Origin: Hydrolagus affinis
Taxonomy: Eukaryota
Assembly (NCBI GenBank): GCA_012026655.1
Contig: JAAILG010000117.1
Location: 1-64,000 of the forward strand
Length of the DNA stretch: 64,000 nt
Direction of reading: 5' to 3'
Shown here: positions 27,244 through 39,100 of the stretch, one piece after another
How the letters are laid out: each line of letters begins with the position of its first letter
Position numbering within the stretch: the first letter of the stretch is position 1
Position numbers and translations under genes: made by a program
The notes under the pieces: model-generated
Told to the model about the DNA's origin: nothing
The model's database searches: none
Seen by the model: the letters and a program-made list of their open reading frames with translations, nothing else

Positions 27244-28545
27244 TGTAAATTATGTTCCTTTAGATTTACTTACTCAATTTATATAAGCATGCATACGCAC
27301 ACACACACACGTACACATATGGATATTATACCTGCAGCGCTTCACAAATGTTACATTTTTTTTCCCTGATGGACAGATAAAAACAAAGGAAGCTGGTCTT
27401 ATACATTCCTTTTAGTCACTATTTGTCTCGAAGACACAACGTTTTTAAAACGTTTTCAGCAATCTGTGAATTAAGCAACTACACTACAGACATGAGTATT
27501 TTCCCTCTGCCTATTCATTGTGAAAAAAATAAGTTTGTGACAATTTTGAGGTACAGCAGCTTTAATCTCCATTAAAGTGTGTTGAAGAGTGTTCGCATCT
27601 CCTCCGAGATTCTTTTTATCTGCGTTGCAACAGCAACAACAAAGTGAAGTATGATGTTGTCTCCAAGGTTCAGCTCTAAATGATTAAATCTCCCAGTTAG
27701 ATAGTGTGGTACCAATGACAAACTGACCCCATATGACTAAAGTACTGGTCCCCATGTGATTACTTCCAGCAGCTTTCCAGTAACTTGATCCTTGAGGAAG
27801 AGTAAAAAGCTGAAATGCACTACTTCAGGATATCTAAAAGAAATCTATACTTAATGGAGCTTGAACGTAGTTAACCTGCTGCAATTAACTGGCCCAATTT
27901 GGATAAGATAAACTTCTGGCAGGGATTTGTTTTCCTTGTTGCCATTATTAGACCATTTTTAATTAAAGTCAGTCTTTGTGGGTCTAATTTGTTGTATGTC
28001 TTAACAGAATTTCTTAATAAGGAATCCAAGTTGTGCAAATGGGGTTTTTGGCCACATTATTTGCCATCTTCAGGAAATTCTGATACAACCTGCCTCGAAG
28101 CGGAGTTCCCACAGGTTGATTGAAATTCTACTGGGATACCTCATTGAGGAATACAGCACATTAGGCCTATTTAATTTGAACTTTCTCGGTTAGTTAATTT
28201 CTGTGATGGTTACAGCTCTGTTTCTGCAAAGAGCTAAGGTGTGTATTTTTTGTGAGTCTATTTTCACTTGACTATTGTATGGTATGGCTGAGGCCATCAC
28301 TATTCTCTCACATATAATGAGGAGCAGGAAATTCAGAGACTTTCTGTGCAATGCAATAACTTGATGACAGAGATGTAACCAGATTTCTCCCCCACACAGA
28401 TCAATCATAAAACATTTTGTATAGCAGAAATCCTTTGTCTAGCAGAAATCCCATTGCTATAAAATATTTAGGAGGAGAATTACTTAGAATAACAATCGAA
28501 GGGAATGTAATTTGCAAGATTCAACAAGAATTTCTTTCTTACCAG

Positions 28546-28716
28546 ATAATAAAGAATATGACGCATATCTGTCCTACACCAAAGTGGACCCAGATCCACT
28601 CACCCAGGAAAATGAGGGAGAAGAGAGATTTGCCTTGGAAATACTCCCAGACATTTTGGAGAAGCACTACGGCTACAAACTATTTATACCTGAGAGGGAT
28701 TTAATGCCAAGTGGAA
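28546..28716 (+). CDS. IL1RAPL2: IL1RAPL2 TIR domain N-part (human exon 10 equivalent)
   Basis: taccag|AT..A|gtaagt; 171 nt; [17 protein letters not shown]...[32 protein letters not shown] (TIR box 1 and BB loop). Confidence 0.96.
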
Positions 28717-29753
28717 GTAAGTAAATATTATTTACTGACTTAAAATTGGCAGTAGAATGGAATTCTGCCTGTTTGATGTGTCCTACACAAAGTCTCTAGC
28801 CTGGTATTTGACATAATCTACGGTGAGAAGACTCTCTTGTTTAAAGATCTTCAGTTCTTTTGAGAAATGTAGATAAAGAATCCAACCCACTGGCTAACAG
28901 GACATGAACATTTCCTGGCAAGTGGAATTGAATTGTGGATTGGTTATGATCTCCGATTGTGATGAGACAGATTCATTGGGCTGTATGGCCTACTCCTGTT
29001 CCTATCCTACTAAATCACTCATTTGCAATATAAAATTCAAGAAAGGGCAGCAAGGTTCTCCTTTGCTAAATTCTCATCCCTGATTATTTAATCGTTTTAT
29101 TTATCTGCACTGGATCATATTTCTCGTGTCTCTTGATCTGAGTCTGAGAAATCCGTTTATCCTGCAATGTTAATTAATTAAAAATAAATTATGTTTAAAA
29201 CTCCCCAGGAGGGACCAACACTTATCAAAAGAAGTTTTACGATTTCTCAGACAGAGAGATTCTGGTAAATGAAAGGCGGTATCTCCTGTTGCTGTGCACC
29301 CAGGGGAAATCCAAGAATTATATGATTTTCCAATCAAGGGTTTTAACAGAGGAATTGGTTCTATACAGTTTCTGAACACATGTAAATACTGCAGTTTCCT
29401 CGGAACAGCTCTGTGATTCTGCTGAAGTTCTTCAGGAGGCTTAGCAACCCATCACAGTTAGCACCATTGCATTTCTTTACAAGCAGAACATACATCTTGT
29501 GAGAGCAGAAGAAAGTGTGCAACGAGCAAGTGTAATTTTTACCTCTCAAGTCCACTCTCTGCTTAACCACATGGAACCTATCTTATCATGGACTTAACCG
29601 ACTTAACCGAATGCACTTTATCTCCTAGGGGGAATGTATTGTTTCACTATATCCTAATTCGCAAACTCTGGAATATCCAACCATCCATCCTTGATGGATG
29701 AATATTAGGATCTACAAAACCACCAGACAACCTTGGCCTGCATCTCCAGATCA

Positions 29754-30053
29754 TGGAGTGCTGTAGCTCAGTGGTTAGAGCTAAGCGAGAGACGTGGGTT
29801 CAATTCTACGCAGGGAGAAACCTAAGGCAATTTTCCTTGCTCCAAACGCCTGATAATAATCCCTTGGAAAACAAAACAACATTAAATGGGTCATTTCAAC
29901 CCACGACTGTTTGTGGGACGCTGCTGTGCAAAATTGGCTGCCACATTTCGCCCACAAATATACAATTCACTTTACAGTTTATTCTGTGAAGCTCTTTGAA
30001 ATGTCTAGAGGATGTGAAAAGCGCTGTATCAAATGCAAGGATTATTATTATTA
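29754..30053 (+). mobile_element. Full-length tRNA-derived SINE
   Basis: tagctcagtggttagagc, ggttcaattc, body, (ATT)n tail. Confidence 0.9.
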
Positions 30054-30667
30054 TCAAATTCCCAATCCAAGCCCCAGCTGGTGCCATGTTTGGTCATTTG
30101 AGACATCACCTAGCTCTCTATTCTCCGATAATGTCTGCAAGCAAATACCATAGTTATCCAGGTTCGCTTTGAACCAGTTAGTGGACAGAATGCAAATTGC
30201 TTTCATTGGGATTCTGTTCCACACACCCAATTCTCTGAAAGTGGGGCATGTAATATCTAGTCTTGATTGTGGCTTTTTATCTTTAAACATATTTCTTCTC
30301 GTTCGGCTCTCCCAGTCTAAGTCAAATTGCACAAATTCTCAAACACATCTACATCAGTCATTGCCGTTCAAATGTCATACCCATAGGGGACTGGCTGAGG
30401 ATGAAGGACTCGTGTTGATCTTAGGTATTTTGCATGCATGTGTAAAATCCTTTGTTTTGCATCAAAGGCCAACAACATTTGACTGAATAACTGCTTTTGC
30501 GGTTGATGAAGAAAAAGGGAACTTTGGTCGTGAGCTATGGCTCCCGGTGTATGTGTGCAGTTAATGCCACCCAACACCTTGGGCCAAAAGGCACATTGTT
30601 CGTAATAAGAAAACCTGTAAATTCTAGGAATAAAAAGAGACCCTTCAGAACTGGAATAACTGATATT

Positions 30668-30910
30668 TGGAGTCTTGTAGTTCAGTGCAATCGCTCACAA
30701 GCAAGAGACCTGGGTTCAATTCCATGCAGGGTGAAACCGTGAACAAGTTTCCTTGCTCCACACGCCTGATAATAATCGCTAAAATAAAATAATAATATAT
30801 TGTCCACCCTTATACAGTCAATTTACTTTACAGTATATTCTGTGAAGTGCTTTGAGACATTTAGGAGGCATGAAAAACACTATATCAAGTGCAAGGATTA
30901 GTATTATTAT
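30668..30910 (+). mobile_element. tRNA-derived SINE with internal deletion
   Basis: Head and tail present, central gtgggacactgctgtg block missing. Confidence 0.8.
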
Positions 30911-31322
30911 TTACCTAATTGTTGGATAAGGAATTGCAGACAATGTGACCTGCGAAATTCAGATCACTTACGTTTCAGCATTAGTCTCCCCCTCATTTAT
31001 TGCAATAATATGACTTTATGCTGTAACTGACATGTCTTACCACTTGTTTCAGTTCTTATCAATCGTCTCTAGTGTGTTGAATCATTTGAAACCAGACATT
31101 CTCATCTCATATCGTATCACTTCTAGCTAACAATGCCGTGTATTTCAAGTTATTTTATTGGTCAGCCACCTGACACACCTGTGTCTAACCTTGCTTAACA
31201 ATATCCAAACCAGATTGTGAGTTAAACACGTGGATGGCAGCTGCACGTGGAAATGGAATCTGCATTCTCACCTTGGAGGAACACACTCTGCTTACCCAAT
31301 TGTGGAATTGAAATGGTATTAT

Positions 31323-31570
31323 CATAAGAACATAAGAATCAGAGAATTGGGTGTGTGGAACAGAATCCCAATGAAAGAATTTGCTACGCGAAAGAACACC
31401 AAGGTCCATCTCGTTCACCTTCCACCAGTTGTTTGACATGCCGTGTCCCAAACTATACCATGAGATATTATTTTCTCGTAGAAATCTATCTAATTTTTTC
31501 TTGAAACAAATGGCTGCTTCCATGGTCTCCCTAGGGAACCTGTTCCATATGTTTACTACTCTCTCACTGT
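31323..31570 (-). mobile_element. CR1 LINE 3' end fragment
   Basis: Minus-strand FKKKLDRFL and a (ttcttatg)n terminal repeat. Confidence 0.65.
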
Positions 31571-32139
31571 AGTGTTTTGATTTAGAGGGTGCCTTTCCAT
31601 TCCCTGAATTGTGTTGGCTGGTATTTGAGATTTCTAACTTAATTTATTCCAGATTTATTGCATTTCCCCAATTAATTTTGCAACAGTGGTTTGTTTTTTG
31701 ATCTAGCTAACCCAGTTATTGATCAATTTTCGTTAAGTACAAGTAGCCAATTTCTTTCATTTTCTAGCAATTCCTAGGAGTTTTGAAACTCGCTGATGAA
31801 TTCTGTTTCTCCAGCAGTAGCTCTCTTGCAAATATTCCCTTTGGGGAACAATTTTACATTACTCATGACTGCAGATATTAGATCGGGTAAATATACCACC
31901 TGCTCTGAAGGTCCAGTGATTTCATTTGTTTTGGCATCACAGAACAATGGGCTGCACTTTTGTGATCCTATATATCCACTTAGCCAGTTCCTGATCTCAG
32001 ATGGGGACGCACACAGCACAGAGCTAAGCTGTTTATTACACCTCTTCCATTGCAGATAAATTGGAGGGTGTGTTGTCTTGTACCTGATCTTTTTCACGAG
32101 ATATTCACAGCACTCATAGCAGATGTAATCACTCACAAA

Positions 32140-32325
32140 ATAAACAATAATACATTGGTCACTTCAATCCACGACTGTTTGTCTGCCATGAGCAATTGGC
32201 TGCCGCGTTTTGCCCACAAACATACAGTCAATTCACTTCACAATTTACTTGGTGAAGTGCTTTGAGACATCCAGAGGATGTGAAAAGAGCTATATCAAAT
32301 GCAGAGATGATTTATTATCATTATG
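32140..32325 (+). mobile_element. tRNA-derived SINE, 3' half
   Basis: Family body and tail. Confidence 0.75.
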
Positions 32326-32519
32326 TAAAATTTAGTGCATTGGCTTTTTATTTTTATTGTGGAGTCCTGTAGCTCAGTGAATAGAGCCCTCGCCTTACAT
32401 GTGTGAGGCTGCAAGGGTTATTATTATTATTTTGACTTTTTAGATTTAAATAAATAACATTTTTTCATCAATATTCTTCCATAGTTTGAGTGCAGTCTCT
32501 CCACACATCAGTATTCAAT

Positions 32520-32780
32520 ACTAATAATATCAATCCTTGAATTTGATTTCACGCTTTATCTCATCTTCAAGATGTCTCAAAGCGTTTTGCAGAATATACT
32601 GTAAAGTGAATGCATATGACTGTAACCAATTGCGCACTGCAGTGTCCCACAAACACATTGTCCCACAAAAAGTGTGCTTTTTTTAAGAAATTATTATCCC
32701 GGGAAAAGCGATTCGCCAATCGACTCGCAACCGGGTTCCTACATATTGCTGGGCAAACAAAGATGTGTGGAGTAAGGAAA
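32520..32780 (-). mobile_element. tRNA-derived SINE, long subtype
   Basis: Family tail plus the extra central block at 32701-32764. Confidence 0.75.
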
Positions 32781-33879
32781 TAATGTCTTGGTGATACTTA
32801 AGTGAGGAAATACTTTTGTTCAAGACTGAAATAAGAAAAGCTGCATTCATAATATTAATGTTTCTGTATACCATAGGGAATAGCATAATCATTTGATATT
32901 GATATTCCTGAGATCAGCTGTCACATCTGCAGCTTGTGATGGTTTATAATCTAATTGAAGAACAGATTTCTGACTCCGATATTATTCGGCAACTTGTAAG
33001 AATGTTTCATCGAAAGCCTAAACTTCTCTTGAAAAATAATCTTGAGTGAAAGCAAAGCAAAAAGCTTGGGGAAAAATCTGATTCTATTAAAGTGGCCGCT
33101 ATATCTACCATAATAAAATAATTCAATTTAGAGTAGATGGACCATTTCATTAACAAAATTTCAAAAACTCTTCCAGAGTATTTAGTGTAATGTGGCATCA
33201 AGCTGACTTCAAAGGAAGTGTTGAAACTTGTGCTCAATCAAAATCAAAGCAGAATTTGACTTGAGATGAGCTATTTAGTCTAAAGATTCCCAGGTCTATT
33301 ACTTTTGTCTCTGAGGTAGCTTGTTTTCATTTGTTCAGCGCGCATTTTGTTTCCCCTAGACTTTTACAGATGTTGCAACATTAATTTAATTAGATGCCTT
33401 AATTCACTGAAAACTTCTTATTCATAACCTTGTAATGTGCTTCACTGCAAGCAGCTGTTAATTATTGAGAGCAATTAACTGCAGTTTTGTAAGACAATAA
33501 GCGATTATTAAGGAACAACTATGAAACATGAAACTGGTATTCATCATACTTTGTCCACAGAGGCCATCAAATTATTGTGCTTTTTTTTATAATTAGTGCT
33601 TCATTTGAGCACATTTCACATTTACTAAATTTATAATGTCATTAAAGTAAAGGGCCAGTGTTTCTTATAATGAGCCCTTGAACGGGTACCACAGATTGAA
33701 AGTACTTTTCACTGGCTCCACATCCTCCAGAGGATTGAGGTTAAGATCCTCGTCCTCACTTTCAAAGCCCTCCACGGTCTTGCTCCCCCATACCTCGCCG
33801 ACTCATGAATATCTTACCACCTTTCCCGTTCCCTCCACTCGATGGGCACTGGCCTACTCCACGTCCCCAGCCCTGCCTT

Positions 33880-33979
33880 NNNNNNNNNNNNNNNNNNNNN
33901 NNNNNNNNNNNNNNNNNNNNNNNNNNNNNNNNNNNNNNNNNNNNNNNNNNNNNNNNNNNNNNNNNNNNNNNNNNNNNNN
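33880..33979. other. Assembly gap (100 N) next to a poly-C run, in the last IL1RAPL2 intron
   Basis: Exactly 100 N followed by about 23 C. Confidence 0.99.
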
Positions 33980-35495
33980 CCCCCCCCCCCCCCCCCCCCC
34001 CCACCACCACCCTCAGCTCAGGTGCAAAGCTTTGCCCACAGAGCGCCTTGGGATGTCATCCGTCCATTAATACAATTTGTTGTTGTTAACCGATTTCTGA
34101 GATTATGCAAGGAAGCGAGTGCTCATTCAATGCGTAAGAAAATTTCCATCCGTAGGTGGCATACATATGTGGAACTTTGGTTTGGATACTCAGAAACACA
34201 GTAATGGTTTTCTGCATGAGTCAGGCATTTGGGCATGAAAAAATAAATAAATAAGTAGCAACATTTAGTTTGGGGGCTGAGGAAGAACTAAAGAAAATAG
34301 ATACAATATAAGGGTGTAAGCCAATTATGGGAGCGGAGTACCAACAAGAATTATTCAAGGGAACAACATGCATTTTTATAATGCCTATAACGTCAAAACA
34401 TCTCCTCAAGTGCTTCACAGCAATTACTGTCATGTGTAGTGACTCTTTTTGAAGACAAACACAACAAACCATTTTAAACCATGATAAACAGCCTTACCCT
34501 CCCTGCCCTCCGCCTCTCCTGATTCCAATCCCCAGCTCAGGTCTGCATCTTGAGACGTCCTCCTCTCGTGAAAGGTGCTATGCAAATGTAATGCGTTTTT
34601 GTTGTTGACCTACAGGATTGTTGGCCAGGACACACACTGGGTGAAACTCCCCTTTCTTTTAAAATTTCTGTTGTGGGAAAATTTTAAATTCCACTGTGTT
34701 AACACTTCAAGATTATTATTGGCTGTACTGCTGCTATTTTTATTTTATTTTCTTCTCATCCAGCTCCCCTTCCATGTCTAATTTGAAACACTATTTTAAG
34801 CTGAATTATCGCTGCTTGTCACTTGTCTGGAGTTTATGATTCCACCATGGAGAAATTCCAAAACACAGAGAGAATCAGACAGCGCAAAGCCATGTTTCCT
34901 TGGCAACGAGTTATCTAGGTCCCTTTACTCCGGCACTGTTTTTAGCATTGGTTCACTAGATTCACGTTGGTGTATCTGGGGTTAGTGGCACGGCTGTGAT
35001 CGGTGCTAAAATCAGAATTTTGGTGAAAGACGTACAGAGGAATGGGCAACAGTAAGAGCTAACATCTGAGCGGGAAAGGGGAGGGAACATCCAAGCTTGT
35101 ATTGCGTGTAAGGGAATGATGACCAGAAACACTGTGTTGAAGGTGCATAAACAGTGCATTTAAAAGAAGAAAAACATCTGAGTTGCTTTCATTAACATTT
35201 GCAACTGATTTTTATGTGAATTGGATTGGTACTTTTGCCCGTGTCAGCCTGTCTTAGTTGGACGCACTCTCTCTTCTGAGTCCAAAGGTTGTAGGTTCAG
35301 GTGGCACTGTCTGATTTTTTTGTATATTGTGCTATGGATATCTTATAAAATTACATGTTATATGTATGTGTGTAATATCTACATGGAATTTTGCTGATTT
35401 AATTTTCTAATATCAAGATCAAATCTACAGAATGTACGTTTTAGGTTCTGCTATTCTTATCAAACAACCTGTTTATTCTCTTTCTGAACCTACAG

Positions 35496-36193
35496 CTTAC
35501 ATTGAAGATTTGGCGAGATGTGTTGATCAAAGTCGAAGACTGATCATTGTTCTGACACCAGACTATGTCATAAGGCGAGGATGGAGCATTTTTCAGCTCG
35601 AGAACAGGCTCCACCACATGCTTGTTACCGGAGAAATAAAAGTTATTTTGATTGAATGTACTGGTTTGCAAGGGATAATGAACTACCATGAAGTTGAAGC
35701 CTTAAAGGACACTATAAAGCTTTTATCTGTGATCAAATGGTACGGGCCTAAGTGTAATAAACTGAATTCCAAGTTTTGGAAACAGGTACAATACGAAATG
35801 CCCATCAAGAAAAAGGAGCCAATTACTCGTGGCCAGGTCTTGGATTCTGGTGAACAGGGTATTTTTGGTGAGTTGCAGACTGTTTCTATGACAGCAAACT
35901 CTGCTACATTAGCATCTTCCCAGGCAGAATTACCATCAAATTTTCACAAAACAGATCATATGCAAATGAGACATTACTGTCGAACGTATGGGTACGACAT
36001 TCCCAGTGCTTCAGTACCCATTACCTCTGTAAGTAATCAGCACACATACTGTAATATTCCAATGACACTCATCAACGGACAGGCACCACAGATCATTATC
36101 AGGAGAGATCCTTCTCTCCGGGACACTCATATGAACAATGAACGGTGCCCATTGTCTTCACGAGAATTCAGTATAACAAGCGATATCTGGTAG
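35496..36193 (+). CDS. IL1RAPL2: IL1RAPL2 terminal coding exon (TIR C-part and cytoplasmic tail)
   Basis: ctacag|CT TAC; 698 nt to TAG; [23 protein letters not shown]...[17 protein letters not shown]...[18 protein letters not shown], the TSDIW end, the exon lengths 130/146/144/171/698 (matching human IL1RAPL2 as I recall them) and the downstream GCK-IV kinase favour IL1RAPL2 over IL1RAPL1. Confidence 0.95.
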
Positions 36194-39100
36194 CTCAACA
36201 CAGAAATATCGGATTTCCTCTCTCCCTCCACCCAAAGCTGCATAAAGATTCACAAAAGGAATCTAAAATCAATATTGATCTGGGCGCAGGCTATAAACAG
36301 CTTTGCTCTCCTCTGCAATATTGCCCAAATAATGGCATATTTTAGGCACTTCATGATCTATTTGAGTTCAGACATTACGAAGAGACTTTTTCGGTCTATT
36401 TTGCAGAATAACCCTTTACTACCTAAAAGTTGCCAAAAAAGTAAGGAATACTCGATCGTGACACATCTTGATCCGAAAGGGTTAACGCGTCTTTCAGGTC
36501 AGAAGGCAAGGAGCCAGTAAACCTTTGAGATGATGCCGACTTGATACGATTGGCATGCGTTATTAGAAGTGAGGAACTCACAGTTTCACTTCCCTTTTAT
36601 ACTTTGCTAAGTACAGTGTGTAAATTTCATAGAATGTTTCGTATAACGTAGTTTCTAACAGGGCAGTTCCCCTGTAATGTTGGCATGTGTGAGAACTTTT
36701 ATCAGCCATGCATTCTTGACTCCCATTTTTTTTAAAAATTAAGAGGTTCGGTAGAATCGGAACTTGAACGTTCAATAAATATTATGCAAACGGTGACGAA
36801 TGGGAAGAGTAATATTGAAATATTGCATAAAGGATACAACTGTGTCTGGTACTCAGCCTTTTGTCAGACAATTGCAAAACTGCCCAGTGAGTTCCATCGC
36901 CAGTTTGTTTCATTTTTCCCTTTGTTGTGCTATTGACCCGGCACTCAATGGTTCAAACAGTTCCCTTTGTTATTACCAGCTAAGAGCAATAAGTGCTGGT
37001 ATTCTGCCACCTTGAGTAGTTTGCCATATTAACACAGATGTCCCTTGGAAGTACAATTGAGAAACAATGAGCGTGAACTGTTTATTCACCCACACAAATC
37101 TCCCAGTCTGTTACAAAATGCCACATGCTTTTGTTTTGAGCTGCGTGAAAAACTGCAATCTCCTTTAAAAAGGGTCCTGACAAACATACTCAGTAAATTG
37201 TAAAATTCAAAGCACATGCAGAAAAATTAAGTGATTGGAAAATACAGGGGTTCAAACCAGTGACAGATCTGTACCATTCATTCTGTTCGGCAATGTTGAT
37301 AAGTCAGGTCTTGTATCCCAGATTCACCAAGTTCAGGTGGTGCCAGATGGCTGCATTATAGTCGGTCTGTTCCTTCTGTCATTTTAAATGTGTCTCAGGC
37401 CTTTGACAAAATGTTACAGGCGGAGTTTTGCATGCTGATCACAGACTGTTGAGGCTCAGACATCTTCACAAATTCAGTGCTTCAGAAACGCTCAGGTTAT
37501 CGAAAGAAATTGCAGATATAGTTGGTGTGCATCCCATGACTTCAAATCTAGCTTCTTTTAAATCTCGGAGGTATGAACTTTTGCTAACAGCATGTATGTT
37601 TAATCCCTATTCCCTTCAACATAAGAGCACACACTGTCATCAGTTGTCATCTTATATTATGTGCACTCATGAGATTACCCATAAAGCAATGTGTAACATG
37701 AGCTAAAACAAAAGGTCAAATTCTGAATTGGTTTTGCAATTAATATCAATGGGACCAAAGTGTCCATAAACCCCATTGGATAGAAGTTTAACCAAGATCT
37801 AGATTTACTCTATAGACTTATTCTTCAATACGGGTTTCATTTGGAAGCTATTTTGTCTGTAAGAACTACGGAAAAAAGATTACATACATTCATTCAACAC
37901 GTCGACAAATTCTGTGAACTTTAAAATCCTGCAGAAATAATGATGAATCTGCACCTGGCTGGAATTTCTCTCCCCGCAAGGTTTCTAAACTGTGGTAGGA
38001 AAGAATGCTTCTGGAAAACAGGAGGCAGAAAAGATTGTAGGAGTGTGGAAAATGTTATTGTCATGGATTGCTAATTTGAAGTGTTGAAGACGCAGCGAAT
38101 TTATGCATTGTGCATTGTGCCTGTCAGAACCCAAGTTTAAATTCCAGCTTTCGTTGGTGTTCAAACTGCAGGCTCCCCTGAATTGCAAGCTGCCAAGTTA
38201 TGCTGGTTCATTTGGCACTGTAACCGAGGTGTGTAGCCAGCATTAGCGAGGGTTATATGGTGATTGTTTTTTGGCATGTATACTGTTGGCTGCCGACGGA
38301 GTGGTAGGTGGTGTTCAAAGACTTCTACAGATATCACTCATTCTCTCAGCTGGCAAGTAAGGGAGTAAATGTGGCTTTTTTTAAAAAAAGAAAAGCAAGA
38401 AATTTGGAACAGACAAACCTGTAAACAAACTATTTCAATGTCTTGCATATCTTTTAAAAATGTACTGCATAATTAATTATAACCCTGTCTGGACACTTAT
38501 AACAAATTGTACTATAATACGTGTACATTGACTTTACAGAATGGTCAAAAAGCAATGGTTTACTACCAGTTGTTTATTGGGATTTCTTTACCTGCCTATT
38601 GAAAAATACAATATTTACAACGTTCTTTGGGATGATTCTCCAATTGTCAATAATATGGATCTGATTTTAGTAAGAATCTTGTATTCACTTCTTCATAAAT
38701 CTAGGAACCTAGGTAGACTGGGTTTTTACATCAGAAATACCCATTTATACGTTCACATTGCCAAAGTCAATCATTTAGCTTCCCTTTAAAAATAAAACAC
38801 AAATCATTGGTCATGGAAAATTCCTGGATCCGAAAAACATGTTCTCTTATTTTGATTGGTGCAAAACCAAACTGCGATAGTTGATAAGAAGGCATTTAGC
38901 AAACACTAATATATTGAATTCAAACTCCGGAAAAATGATTTCTGATCTAGATTTATCTCACACTTGTATGGATCAGCCCTCAAACCCAATGGTACTGCAT
39001 TGTTCTCCATCAATACAGCACTCTTCATTTCTAAGTCCTCAGTCCCAGGCTTTAATGTTGGGGTAATTTGAAGTCGCACTTGTGCTTCTCTGTAATTTAT

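Noticed and set aside
33678-34204. Poly-Pro/Gly ORFs
   Set aside because: Artefacts of the N gap and poly-C run.
35432-35495. ATG-initiated 253-aa single-exon ORF
   Set aside because: The first 21 codons are the intron's polypyrimidine tract; homology starts at the acceptor at 35496.
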